Position numbers and translations under genes: made by a program. Below, piece by piece: positions 20,693 to 29,628 of a DNA stretch of 64,000 nt. Positions within the stretch are counted from its first letter, which is position 1; the number at the start of each line of letters is the position of its first letter. The stretch is from Patescibacteria group bacterium (GTDB lineage: Bacteria; Patescibacteriota; Gracilibacteria; UBA1369; PNNO01), in NCBI GenBank assembly GCA_042568575.1, contig JBHPIO010000001.1:32001-96000 (forward strand), given 5' to 3'. Below the pieces are notes generated by a model that saw only the letters and a list, made by a program, of their open reading frames with translations, was not told where the DNA came from and did no database searches.

Positions 20693-20723
20693 AGCATGTT
20701 TTTGGTCTCAAACAAATCAACTT

Positions 20724-21581
20724 ATGGTAGAAAATAAGCCAGAACCAATCAATGAAGATGACCTTCCTGAATCAATACATGCTCAGTTAGCCAAAATTAC
20801 AGATGAAGGTAAGCGGAAAAGTCACGCACGATTTGTCCTTGCAGCTTTAGGAAGTATACCTTGGGTCGGCGGATTCCTAGGCGCAATGGCAGCAAAAGAT
20901 GCTGAAAAAGAACAAGGAGGTATAAATCAGCTTCAACAGTTATGGCTACAAGAACATGAAGAAAAGATACAAAAACTCGGTTACGTCTTGTTTCAAATTC
21001 TCTCGCGGCTTGAAAAATTTGGCGAAGAAATAGAAGAAAGGATAGAATCGTCTCATTATTTAGATCTTGTTCGAAAAGGATTTAGATCTTGGGATCAAGC
21101 AGATACCGAAGAGAAACGAGAGCTAATCAAGAAATTATTAACCAGTGCAGGGGCAATCAAGCTCTGCCCAGATGATCTTGTACGACTATTTATTGATTGG
21201 ATAGATAAATACCATGAGGCTCATTTCAAAGTAATTAAAGAGATATATCAAAAGCCAGGCATCACTCGAGGCGATATTTGGGATAACGTAAAAGGTGAAA
21301 GACCGCGAGAGGATTCTGCTGAAGCTGATTTATTCAAACTATTGATCCATGACCTCAATGTAGGCCGTGTAATAAGGCAAGCAAGGGATACGGATGGAGC
21401 GGGGAATTTCTTAAAAAAAACACGTGTTAAGTCGGCACGTGGATTAAGCCCTTCAAGAACAATGGAATCCGCCTTTGAAAATTCTAAACCATATGTACTA
21501 ACAGAATTAGGTAAGCAATTCGTGCATTACACTATGGAAGAAGTGGTTACACAAATAGAAGATCAAAAACACAGTACTTAA
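20724..21581 (+). CDS. Abi-alpha/DUF4393-like protein (cassette ORF)
   Basis: SIPWVG N-terminal helix pair; C-terminal winged-helix-like YVLTELGKQFV; family call from motif memory only. Confidence 0.5.
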   Translation: MVENKPEPINEDDLPESIHAQLAKITDEGKRKSHARFVLAALGSIPWVGGFLGAMAAKDAEKEQGGINQLQQLWLQEHEEKIQKLGYVLFQILSRLEKFGEEIEERIESSHYLDLVRKGFRSWDQADTEEKRELIKKLLTSAGAIKLCPDDLVRLFIDWIDKYHEAHFKVIKEIYQKPGITRGDIWDNVKGERPREDSAEADLFKLLIHDLNVGRVIRQARDTDGAGNFLKKTRVKSARGLSPSRTMESAFENSKPYVLTELGKQFVHYTMEEVVTQIEDQKHST

Positions 21582-21603
21582 CAGCGGGCTAGTCGGTTCG
21601 CTC
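21576..21603 (+). repeat. attC-like left arm, copy 1
   Basis: ACTTAAC (RYYYAAC) then AGCGGGCTAGTCGGTTCGCTC; 21580-21603 is 23/24 identical to 22392-22415. Confidence 0.7.
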
Positions 21604-21618
21604 ACTAAAATTTTTTTT

Positions 21619-21894
21619 ATGAAAATCTTATTAAGAAAATACGTAACAGTTACACTATTACTACTAATCATTTTGACTTTAAGTGGTTGTGCATCGCAGC
21701 CGACGATCAGTGACTATGGCCCAGGTTTCTTTGTAGGATTATGGCATGGAATTATTTCTCCATTCGCTTTAATTGGGAGTATTTTTATGGACATACGTAT
21801 ATACGAATTCCCTAATTCTGGATTTTGGTATGACCTAGGTTTCATAATAGGAATAGGCTGCTGGGGAGGTGGGGCAGCCGCAGCACATGATTAA
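21619..21894 (+). CDS. Small membrane lipoprotein
   Basis: Lipobox LSGC; PGFF.GLWHG...IYE..N.G.WYD.GF..G pattern. Confidence 0.8.
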   Translation: MKILLRKYVTVTLLLLIILTLSGCASQPTISDYGPGFFVGLWHGIISPFALIGSIFMDIRIYEFPNSGFWYDLGFIIGIGCWGGGAAAAHD

Positions 21895-21911
21895 GACACA
21901 AAAAAGACAAT

Positions 21912-21994
21912 GCTCGCTAACCCAAATTTGGCGGTGGTGCGTTAACGCGCTATTATAACCACTGCCAAGCATCGTATATGTCGAAAAGTTGTAC
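21912..21994 (+). repeat. attC-like palindromic site (composite/degenerate)
   Basis: CGCTAAC at 21915; inverted repeat TTGGCGGTGGT (21928-21938) / ACCACTGCCAA (21958-21968); GTTGTAC at 21988-21994. Confidence 0.6.
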
Positions 21995-22050
21995 GAAATG
22001 CCAAATTAAGTTAGCCTTACAAAGGCTAATTTCTTAACAGAATATAAAAA

Positions 22051-22371
22051 ATGGCTACATATTTAGTATTATTCACTGCTATAACATTTTCTATAATGTG
22101 TATTTCATACAAAGCATTTGCAATCCAAAAAAGATGGGCAATTGGTAAAATATTATCCAAAGATGCATCTTTTCCAATAATAGCAGCTATCGCTACAGGT
22201 TTATGGGCACTTTATAAATCATTTGTTTATTTTGAATGGTGGACTCCTTTTGCAATATTGATCCTTGCATGGATTACGTCATTTTTATTAACTATTTTAT
22301 TCAAAAAGCATACTCAAATTCTGTGTATATTAGGTATTATTCCAGCTTTAATTGCAGTTGCACTAATATAA
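22051..22371 (+). CDS. Small integral membrane protein (cassette ORF)
   Basis: 106 aa, about four hydrophobic segments, bracketed by complementary R boxes. Confidence 0.7.
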   Translation: MATYLVLFTAITFSIMCISYKAFAIQKRWAIGKILSKDASFPIIAAIATGLWALYKSFVYFEWWTPFAILILAWITSFLLTILFKKHTQILCILGIIPALIAVALI

Positions 22372-22385
22372 ATTAGTTTGGTACA

Positions 22386-22415
22386 TCGTACAACAGCGGG
22401 CTAGCCGGTTCGCTC
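22386..22415 (+). repeat. attC-like left arm, copy 2
   Basis: TCGTACAAC-AGCGGGCTAGCCGGTTCGCTC. Confidence 0.7.
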
Positions 22416-22447
22416 CGCTAAATAAAATTATTCGTAACATTCTTCAG

Positions 22448-22906
22448 ATGAAAAAACTCCTTTTAATTCTAACTATCTTACTACTTGCAGGTTGTAATTC
22501 AACAACATCAAATATAATGGGCGAAAAAGTAGAAATCGAAAAACCAAAAGAAAACAAAATACTATCTCAAGAGCAATATTCACTTAGTTGTAAAACTCAT
22601 TATTACACTGATATTACAATTGGAGGTGATATTATTGAAGAATCATATATAAAAATCTCAGAAGGTCATGAAAATGCAACAATAAATGTAAATAATGAAG
22701 CTGCTACTTTCTTTGGTGCGGATTTTATTGTTTTAGATGATAACCCTTCATATCTTGTTATGATGAGATACTATGATGTAAGCGGATTGACTGAAGTTGT
22801 ATCAATTAATAAAGATACTGGTATTGGTTTTGATATAAAAACTCTAACTTTTGGTTTTTCTGGTGCTCCAAATACTACTACATATTTGATTAACTGTTAC
22901 GAATAA
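22448..22906 (+). CDS. Lipoprotein, unknown function
   Basis: MKK + hydrophobic core + LAGC lipobox. Confidence 0.8.
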   Translation: MKKLLLILTILLLAGCNSTTSNIMGEKVEIEKPKENKILSQEQYSLSCKTHYYTDITIGGDIIEESYIKISEGHENATINVNNEAATFFGADFIVLDDNPSYLVMMRYYDVSGLTEVVSINKDTGIGFDIKTLTFGFSGAPNTTTYLINCYE

Positions 22907-22930
22907 TTTTATTTTTTAATTATTATTAAT

Positions 22931-23341
22931 ATGAAAAAAGTTTTCATTCTCCTTGTTATTTTTGCTTTATTACTTACAGGTTGTTCAAATGGTAATCCTG
23001 ATCTTTCATATAAACAAGAATGTCGCGAACTTGTTAATGATGTTAAAGATGAATTCAATAACTTTAATAAAGAATACTTTGGGATAAAAGAAAAACATCT
23101 AGATTCTATTCAATACAGTAAAAGCAAAAATACATGTATAAGTAAAATAAAGGTTTATTATACTAATGGAAGGGCTGAAACCGTTTATAGAGATGAATTA
23201 ACTTCGAAAGAATTAACCTATTTTGTTCAATCATACGATGATATATCTGTTGAAATAGCGGAGAATGAAAACATCAACTTTATAGCTGAAGAAAGTAAGC
23301 GACAAGAGGAATACGAAAAAGAGCTGCAATTAATAGAATAA
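22931..23341 (+). CDS. Lipoprotein, unknown function
   Basis: MKK + hydrophobic core + LTGC lipobox. Confidence 0.8.
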   Translation: MKKVFILLVIFALLLTGCSNGNPDLSYKQECRELVNDVKDEFNNFNKEYFGIKEKHLDSIQYSKSKNTCISKIKVYYTNGRAETVYRDELTSKELTYFVQSYDDISVEIAENENINFIAEESKRQEEYEKELQLIE

Positions 23342-23361
23342 CTAGCCCATGGCCGTTAGAC
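23341..23361 (+). repeat. attC-like right arm
   Basis: ACTAGCCC-ATG-GCC-GTTAGAC; CTAGCCC is the reverse complement of GGGCTAG in both left arms; perfect GTTRRRY at 23355-23361. Confidence 0.65.
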
Positions 23362-23383
23362 GAAAGCCCTTAAAATAAAAAAG

Positions 23384-24055
23384 ATGGATGACGAATTAAT
23401 AAAAATTGTTTTTGAAGATTTGGACTATATAACAAAGGAATGGAACGCTAAGGAAATTAGTGATGCTAATTTGCGCCATTCAAGTACGATCTTAAGAACT
23501 CTTTTAATTGAGAGGAAACTATTTGATGTCGCTCGTTCATTTGATATCCAGAAAATAAGGATAATGAGCTCTAATGAAGATTCTCCATCTTGGCCAGACC
23601 CAGTGCTCCACCAAGCTGGGGGAGGAAAGCATAAAGGATTAAAAATTGATGGATTTTCTGTTTATAACAAGACATTTACTTCACAAGAAATAAAAGAAAA
23701 AAGCAAAATCGCACTAGCACGTAAAAGCAAACCAATAGAATTAAATAAATACTTAAAGAATTCAAGTATAATTATCAATGGTATTGAAATAAACAGAGAA
23801 GAAATAATTAAATATGTTAGCAACAAACTTGGTGGAGCACATTACGATAAAAAAAGAGGGGACCCACTAAATAAAGAAGGAAATATTAGCCTGGAAGGTA
23901 AATATGCACTATTAGATGATTATAAAAACTCGAATAAACTCGCTGGAAAAAACTCCATTTATTTCGAATTACTTGAAATTGGACAAAAATTGGTTAATAA
24001 CCGCGATATTCAAAAACTAAAAAAGAAAATTAAAATTTATTTACAAAAAAGATGA
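23384..24055 (+). CDS. Hypothetical protein with an NKLGGAHYD motif (possibly HEPN-like; cassette ORF)
   Basis: S.ILR.LL near the N-terminus and REEIIKYVSNKLGGAHYD. Confidence 0.6.
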   Translation: MDDELIKIVFEDLDYITKEWNAKEISDANLRHSSTILRTLLIERKLFDVARSFDIQKIRIMSSNEDSPSWPDPVLHQAGGGKHKGLKIDGFSVYNKTFTSQEIKEKSKIALARKSKPIELNKYLKNSSIIINGIEINREEIIKYVSNKLGGAHYDKKRGDPLNKEGNISLEGKYALLDDYKNSNKLAGKNSIYFELLEIGQKLVNNRDIQKLKKKIKIYLQKR

Positions 24056-24185
24056 AGGATTTTTTCACAAACCTGGACTTCTGTTGCAGAACTCCTTGGT
24101 CCTCTCCCCCTTACGGGCTCGAGATAAGTTCTCTTCCTACTCGTAGAACCTCAAAGAGGCTCCACTCGTAGCAAGTGGGAACTTA

Positions 24186-24262
24186 TGGTGGCAAGGGTGG
24201 GGATCGAACCCACGACCTCGGGCTTATGAGTCCCGCGCTCTAACCAACTGAGCTACCTTGCC
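24186..24262 (-). tRNA. tRNA-Met(CAT), probably elongator
   Basis: GGCAAGGTAGCTCAGTTGGTTAGAGC...CTCATAA...GGTTCGATCCCCACCCTTGCCACCA; paired G1-C72; encoded CCA. Ile2 identity not excluded. Confidence 0.93.
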
Positions 24263-24275
24263 GCATGCGAAGTTT

Positions 24276-24304
24276 ATTCTAAAAGCAGCGCGCAATAAGT
24301 GCAA
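24276..24304 (-). promoter_or_regulatory. Sigma70-type promoter of tRNA-Met
   Basis: TTGCAC-N17-TAGAAT on the minus strand. Confidence 0.6.
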
Positions 24305-24318
24305 GCTTTTTTCAGAAA

Positions 24319-25068
24319 TTAAAATGTTTTTATACTGAAATTAAACAAAACTCTGGCAGGTACAACCAGATTTGGATTATTTGGTGGAATTTTTTCAAGT
24401 TGTGGTGGACTGTGCATCGGTTCAAAATAATATTCTTTTCCTTCACGATAAATTCGTTTCACACTTAGGTCGCCTTTATAGAGGATGGCAAATAGCTTTC
24501 CACTGTTGTCCTCAATGTCGTTGTTTTTAATAGGCTCCATAATAATCACATCACCCAAATAAATACCAAATTCGGGATAATCTCTTATGAAGATTCGTAC
24601 GGCAACAAGCTCTTCAAGCGACTTATGATAATGCAGGGTATCTTTCATATACGACCTAGAGACGTAAATGAAATTATTGGAACTCTTTCTTAATTCATAC
24701 AGTTGCTCAAAGGTTTTATTTCGCAGCTTTGTGTTGTCGAGTAGGGGAATAGCAGCCACATCATCCTGGAAATCCCTGCTAATGTCCGTTTCTATCAAAG
24801 AAACCAGCTTGTCCCACTTCTTTGCTTTATCAACATAAGAAAGCAGGCCAGGCTTGTCCTCACCAAGGAAATAACCGATTGGTTTTTTTAGATATTCCGC
24901 GATTTTCATTAACTCGGAAATTTTAGGTAGATAGCGTCCTTTAGTGATATTCGAGACGTAGGCACGTGACTTTTGAATCATTTGAGCCAGCTCTATTTGC
25001 GAAACCTCTCGTTCTTTAAGTGCAGCCTTAATTCGCTCTGCTATAAGTTTTGTAAATTTCTCGTTCAT
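24319..25068 (-). CDS. XRE-family HTH regulator with a degenerate S24 (LexA/CI-like) C-terminal domain
   Basis: SQIELAQMI.KSRAYVSNI..G...P....L.KIA..L; C-terminal GDVII...GKLFAILY.GDLSVKRI. Confidence 0.8.
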   Translation of the reverse strand: MNEKFTKLIAERIKAALKEREVSQIELAQMIQKSRAYVSNITKGRYLPKISELMKIAEYLKKPIGYFLGEDKPGLLSYVDKAKKWDKLVSLIETDISRDFQDDVAAIPLLDNTKLRNKTFEQLYELRKSSNNFIYVSRSYMKDTLHYHKSLEELVAVRIFIRDYPEFGIYLGDVIIMEPIKNNDIEDNSGKLFAILYKGDLSVKRIYREGKEYYFEPMHSPPQLEKIPPNNPNLVVPARVLFNFSIKTF

Positions 25069-25214
25069 GAATGTGGTCGTTTACGTAGTTTGAACATATT
25101 ATTCACTACTGCTTAATTTTTGTAAAGATCAATGATAATACTTTACATAAGCTGAATCATTTGTTAAAAATTAAATAGTTTTAGAGATCTTCTGAAGAGA
25201 AGAGAGAGGCTTCA

Positions 25215-25253
25215 CAAAAAGTACCAAATAACTTTGGTGCTTTTTGCTTTTTG
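25215..25253 (+). terminator. Intrinsic terminator-like hairpin in a divergent intergenic region
   Basis: CAAAAAGTACCAAA-taac-TTTGGTGCTTTTTG followed by CTTTTTG. Confidence 0.55.
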
Positions 25254-25321
25254 TAGGGTAAACCGCAACTTTATTTCAAGGTTGTGTTATTGTTTATGTA
25301 GATTCAATAACAACATTTAAA

Positions 25322-26002
25322 ATGAAAAAACTATTTGCACTTCTAATCATTTCCCTGCTTGTTCTTTCTGGATGCGCTCAACCAAGCGAACCAATTGAGG
25401 TTGAACAGCAGCCGTCGCCTGAAGTTGTACAGCCAGAGCAACCGCTTGAAGAAGAGACAAAATCAGACAATCCTATTGTTCTTGAAGAATTTGGTTTTGA
25501 GATAAGTTATCCGGAAGAATGTAATATTAAAGAACTCGCGAGCGGGATTGATCAAGAAGCATTAATGTCATATCACTTGTTAGACTGTTCATTTAAACCT
25601 ATGTACCTAACTGGAATTTTTGTTGCAACAAGTGAATCAATCGATAAATTCGTTGAATTTAAAGATGGAAAACCTCTGTGTTTTGATGGTCCAGAAACAT
25701 GTAATCATGAATATGATTGGAATACACACAGGGAGGACTTTGATCGTTTAAAAGAATCAATCAGTCAAAATAAAGATTTAGATGTTGAAATTAACGGTCG
25801 TCAATTTACCACTGATAATCGATGGTGGCTATTTAGTGCCGAAATAATAAGAACATACGAGACATTTGTTGGTGATAAAAGGATTACTATCGTTATTGTT
25901 TGGAGTACAACAAGAGCGGAATATGAGGAGAACATGCACATTTACGATAAAGAGGCTGATGAGCTTGTTGGAAGGTTTCAGTTTGTAGAAATCCCGGAGT
26001 AG
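25322..26002 (+). CDS. Lipoprotein, unknown function
   Basis: MKK + LSGC lipobox, Pro/Glu-rich linker. Confidence 0.8.
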   Translation: MKKLFALLIISLLVLSGCAQPSEPIEVEQQPSPEVVQPEQPLEEETKSDNPIVLEEFGFEISYPEECNIKELASGIDQEALMSYHLLDCSFKPMYLTGIFVATSESIDKFVEFKDGKPLCFDGPETCNHEYDWNTHREDFDRLKESISQNKDLDVEINGRQFTTDNRWWLFSAEIIRTYETFVGDKRITIVIVWSTTRAEYEENMHIYDKEADELVGRFQFVEIPE

Positions 26003-26014
26003 GCGTGATTCTAT

Positions 26015-26089
<75 letters not shown>

Positions 26090-26146
26090 TCAGTTATTAT
26101 ATGCAACTTTGCATCGAAGTCAAATGAAAGTCAACCATTCGTGTGT

Positions 26147-26560
26147 CTATCTCAGAGGATTATCCTCAAATATAAACACTTTCCATTTTTCCATATTTGA
26201 AAGCTTTCCTATATTCCTCTTCCCATAAGCATCAAATTCAGCTTCGGCATCATCGCCGTTTACCCCTGTATTTGAAGCGATAATAATAACTTCCTCGCCT
26301 GGATTGGTTAATCCTTTGTTTTGCTTCAAAATTTTATCTATAAAACTCTCTGAAGTAACGTAATCAAACTCTTCAATCAAACTTTCATTCTCTTTCCTAA
26401 TGCGCTCGTTCTCATTTTCAAAATCTGTAATGTATTTATCTATTTGATGACTATTATAAAAGGCAAGCGTCAACGAATATAATAGGTACGCGCTTAGGAT
26501 AATAAGCCCAATAATTATAAAGTTTGTAATATTAGATGGTTGATCGTTTTGGCCTTGCAT
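26147..26560 (-). CDS. Septum formation initiator (FtsB/DivIC-like)
   Basis: TM plus coiled coil plus FIDKILKQNKGLTNPGEEVII. Confidence 0.75.
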   Translation of the reverse strand: MQGQNDQPSNITNFIIIGLIILSAYLLYSLTLAFYNSHQIDKYITDFENENERIRKENESLIEEFDYVTSESFIDKILKQNKGLTNPGEEVIIIASNTGVNGDDAEAEFDAYGKRNIGKLSNMEKWKVFIFEDNPLR

Positions 26561-26616
26561 GCTATGAATTTAATAACAACAATGATGTTATCATAAACTA
26601 TATAAATTACACAATA

Positions 26617-27951
26617 ATGACAAAAATTCATTGTATAGGTATAGGAGGAATCGGTCTAAGCGGCATAGCTCAAATCCTTCACGACAAAGGTGCAAAAGTA
26701 ACTGGATCTGACATTGAAGATTCACCATTAATAGAATCAATGCGAGAAAAGGGGATTGAAGTAAGCATTGGACACGATGCGGCGCTTATTACCCCAGACA
26801 TCACTAAGGTCATTTATTCTTCGGCTGTTCCTCAAGATAATGTAGAACTTGCGAAAGCAAAGGAACTTGAGATCGAGACCATAACTTTTTCTGAAGCTGT
26901 TAAAGAATTCACTCAGGATCTTTATACAGTTGCTATTTGTGGGACTCACGGCAAAACAACGGTTACAGCATTTTCGTCTTTGGCCCTAATTGCAGGCGAG
27001 AAAGACCCAACCGTTATTATCGGTTCAACTATAAAAGAGTTCAATAATTCAAACTACAGAGTCGGGAAAGGAAAATATTTCATTGTTGAGGCATGCGAAT
27101 ACAAACGCAACTTCCTCCACTACGATCCAAATGTTGTGATTATCACAAATATTGAAGCAGAACATCTCGACTACTTTAAAGATCTGGAAGATTACAAGAG
27201 CGCGTATAGTGAATTTGTGAATAAACTTCCTGAAGATGGCTTTATTATTGCCAATGGTGACGATGAAGATGTGCTTGATATAATTAAAGATTTCAAAGGA
27301 AACGTGATTTTGTTTTCTACTAAAGAAAAAAATACAGATTGGTACGTTGAAGGAAATGAAATTTATAAAGCGGGTGAGAAAGTAGGCGAGCTAGAATTAA
27401 AAATCCCAGGAGAATTCAACAAGCAAAATGCTCTTTGCGGCCTTATCCTAGGGCAAATACTGCATGTCGACCGTGAGGCAATTTTAGATAAATTCAAGGA
27501 ATATACTGGTTCATGGAGACGATTTGAACAAATTGGTAATTTTCACGGAATAAGGATGATTAGCGATTACGCTCACCATCCAACGGCAATTATAAAAACA
27601 TTGCGTGCGACTCACGAGAAATATCCCGATTCACGCATTTGCTGTATTTTCCAACCACATCAATACAATCGCACAAAGCACTTTCTTCCTGAATTCGCTG
27701 AATCATTCAAAGAAGCGGATTATGTAATTATCCCAAGCATTTACAAGGTTCGTGATTCAAAAGAGGACACAGATGCAATTTCCGTCGAAGAGCTAGTTGA
27801 AGAGCTTAAAAAACACAAGGAAAATTCATTTTATCTTCCTGAGTATGAACAAATACGCGTCTTCCTAGAAGAACATAAAGACGATATTGATATCACGTTC
27901 ATCATGGGAGCAGGGGATATCTGGACTCTTGGGGATTTTCTTTTAGGATAG
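26617..27951 (+). CDS. murC: UDP-N-acetylmuramate--L-alanine ligase
   Basis: IHCIGIGGIGLS, GTHGKTT, EACEY, DYAHHP, FQPH; start at MTKIH (26617). Confidence 0.95.
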   Translation: MTKIHCIGIGGIGLSGIAQILHDKGAKVTGSDIEDSPLIESMREKGIEVSIGHDAALITPDITKVIYSSAVPQDNVELAKAKELEIETITFSEAVKEFTQDLYTVAICGTHGKTTVTAFSSLALIAGEKDPTVIIGSTIKEFNNSNYRVGKGKYFIVEACEYKRNFLHYDPNVVIITNIEAEHLDYFKDLEDYKSAYSEFVNKLPEDGFIIANGDDEDVLDIIKDFKGNVILFSTKEKNTDWYVEGNEIYKAGEKVGELELKIPGEFNKQNALCGLILGQILHVDREAILDKFKEYTGSWRRFEQIGNFHGIRMISDYAHHPTAIIKTLRATHEKYPDSRICCIFQPHQYNRTKHFLPEFAESFKEADYVIIPSIYKVRDSKEDTDAISVEELVEELKKHKENSFYLPEYEQIRVFLEEHKDDIDITFIMGAGDIWTLGDFLLG

Positions 27952-29325
27952 CTTCCACACAGTCCCTTCAGGCAAATCTTCGAGGATAACTCCCTTTTCT
28001 TTAAGTGTATCCCGAATTTCGTCGGATTTCGCCCAATCTTTAGATGCACGAGCTTCCTCACGCTCTTTAATAAGTGCCATCAGTTCATCCGGCAATTCCT
28101 CTTGTTCCTGAGGTAAAAGTACTCCAAATACTGCATCAACTTTTTTAAGGAAATCCAAAATTGTTTCTTTGTCGGTCACAGTTAATTGATTTTTTCCCGC
28201 AAAAACATTTAGTTCTTTAACTAATTCAAAAATTGCAGCTAGTGCCTCTGGTGTTTCAAAATCATCATCCATACTTTCCTCAAATTTCTTCTCAGCTTCT
28301 TTAATAAAATCAACAACCTCTTTATGCGCGTCTCCTTCATCACTAACTCGTTTGATTGAATTAACAAAATCGTGAAGACGAGCAATACTGTTTTTTGACT
28401 GCTCTAATAAATCGTCAGTAAAATTAATAGGGGAGCGATAATGAGTTTGAAGATAAAGATATCTGATAATATCACCAGAATATTTATTCAAAACATCACG
28501 AAGGGTTATAAAGTTGCCAAGCGACTTCGACATCTTTTCTTCATTGATGTTAATAAACCCATTGTGAAGCCAATAATTTGCAAAAGGCTTAGAATGCGCT
28601 TTTTCACTCTGAGCAATTTCACATTCATGATGAGGGAACATAAGATCCGCTCCTCCTCCGTGAATATCAAAAGTTTCGCCAAGTAGCGATGAACTCATCG
28701 CACTACATTCTATATGCCAACCTGGACGACCCTTTCCCCATGGACTTTCCCATGCTGGCTCACCTGGTTTTTCCTTTTTCCACAAAGCAAAATCTTGAGG
28801 ATTCCTTTTGTCCTGATTCACTGCAACTCGAGCACCCATCTGCAAGTCCTCCAATTTCTGGTTCGACAATTTACCATATTCAGGAAACGCCTTTATATCA
28901 AAATAAATTCCATCTTCAAGTTCATAAGCGGCTTCTTTTTCTTCTAATTTTTGAATAAGCTTTATGATTTCCGCTATATATTCCGTAGCGCGTGGAGCAT
29001 GATCCGGCGGCATAATCTTTAATTCTCCATAATCTTCAACATATTTGGGAATAACTTCCTCAGAGAGGTCAGAAACGCTAATGCCCTTTTCCTCGGCTCG
29101 TTTAATCATCTTGTCGTCCACATCTGTATAGTTTGAAGCGAAAGTCACATCAAAACCTTTGTAGATTAAATATCGTCTAATTATATCGAAAGAAACCGCG
29201 CTTCTTCCATGTCCTAGATGCGCACTATCGTATACAGTTGGCCCACACAGATAAAAGCTAACCTTACCCTCGTTTAAAGGTTTAAGATCTTCTTTCTGCC
29301 TTGTGAGAGTATTGTAGAGTTTCAT
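27943..29325 (-). CDS. cysS: Cysteine--tRNA ligase
   Basis: CGPTVY..HLGH, GRPGWHIECSAM, FPHHECE, KMSKS. Confidence 0.98.
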   Translation of the reverse strand: MKLYNTLTRQKEDLKPLNEGKVSFYLCGPTVYDSAHLGHGRSAVSFDIIRRYLIYKGFDVTFASNYTDVDDKMIKRAEEKGISVSDLSEEVIPKYVEDYGELKIMPPDHAPRATEYIAEIIKLIQKLEEKEAAYELEDGIYFDIKAFPEYGKLSNQKLEDLQMGARVAVNQDKRNPQDFALWKKEKPGEPAWESPWGKGRPGWHIECSAMSSSLLGETFDIHGGGADLMFPHHECEIAQSEKAHSKPFANYWLHNGFININEEKMSKSLGNFITLRDVLNKYSGDIIRYLYLQTHYRSPINFTDDLLEQSKNSIARLHDFVNSIKRVSDEGDAHKEVVDFIKEAEKKFEESMDDDFETPEALAAIFELVKELNVFAGKNQLTVTDKETILDFLKKVDAVFGVLLPQEQEELPDELMALIKEREEARASKDWAKSDEIRDTLKEKGVILEDLPEGTVWKLS

Positions 29326-29591
29326 TACATGAGAAGGCTAACAATTATTGCACGTGCAAAATCAATAACCAAAAAGGCTATAATAGGGGAGATATCGAAC
29401 ATTCCAAGTCTAGGGATAATCCTTCTGAAGAAGGACAAAACCGGCTCAGTGATTTCAAACACAAATGAAAAGAATTTACCTCTATTCCCAGTCGGCCTGA
29501 TCCACGACATAATTACTCTAATAAAGATCGCTGCGACCAATAGATCGGCAAAAATATTAACAAATTGAATAATAAAACCTCGTATCTCCAT
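29325..29591 (-). CDS. yggT: YggT family membrane protein
   Basis: RVIMSW...ITEPVL..FRRIIP..G.FDISPIIA. Confidence 0.88.
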   Translation of the reverse strand: MEIRGFIIQFVNIFADLLVAAIFIRVIMSWIRPTGNRGKFFSFVFEITEPVLSFFRRIIPRLGMFDISPIIAFLVIDFARAIIVSLLM

Positions 29592-29628
29592 GATTAACTA
29601 CCTTTCTAAATTATAACACGAGGAGATT

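Larger units (their letters stand above)
19288..24075 (+). mobile_element. Integron-like gene cassette array lacking an integrase in this window (CALIN-like)
   Basis: Eight co-oriented, mostly AT-rich unrelated ORFs. Several are bracketed by complementary GTTRRRY / RYYYAAC-type boxes (GTTAAGTA 20686 with TACTTAAC 21575; GTTGTACGA 21988 with TCGTACAAC 22386), and a 24-nt repeat occurs twice. Confidence 0.7.

Noticed and set aside
21580-22415. 24-nt direct repeat as a CRISPR array
   Set aside because: Only two copies about 810 bp apart with whole genes between them, and no cas genes; fits attC-like arms better
24319-26002. Prophage remnant suggested by a CI-like repressor next to tRNAs
   Set aside because: No integrase, structural or replication genes
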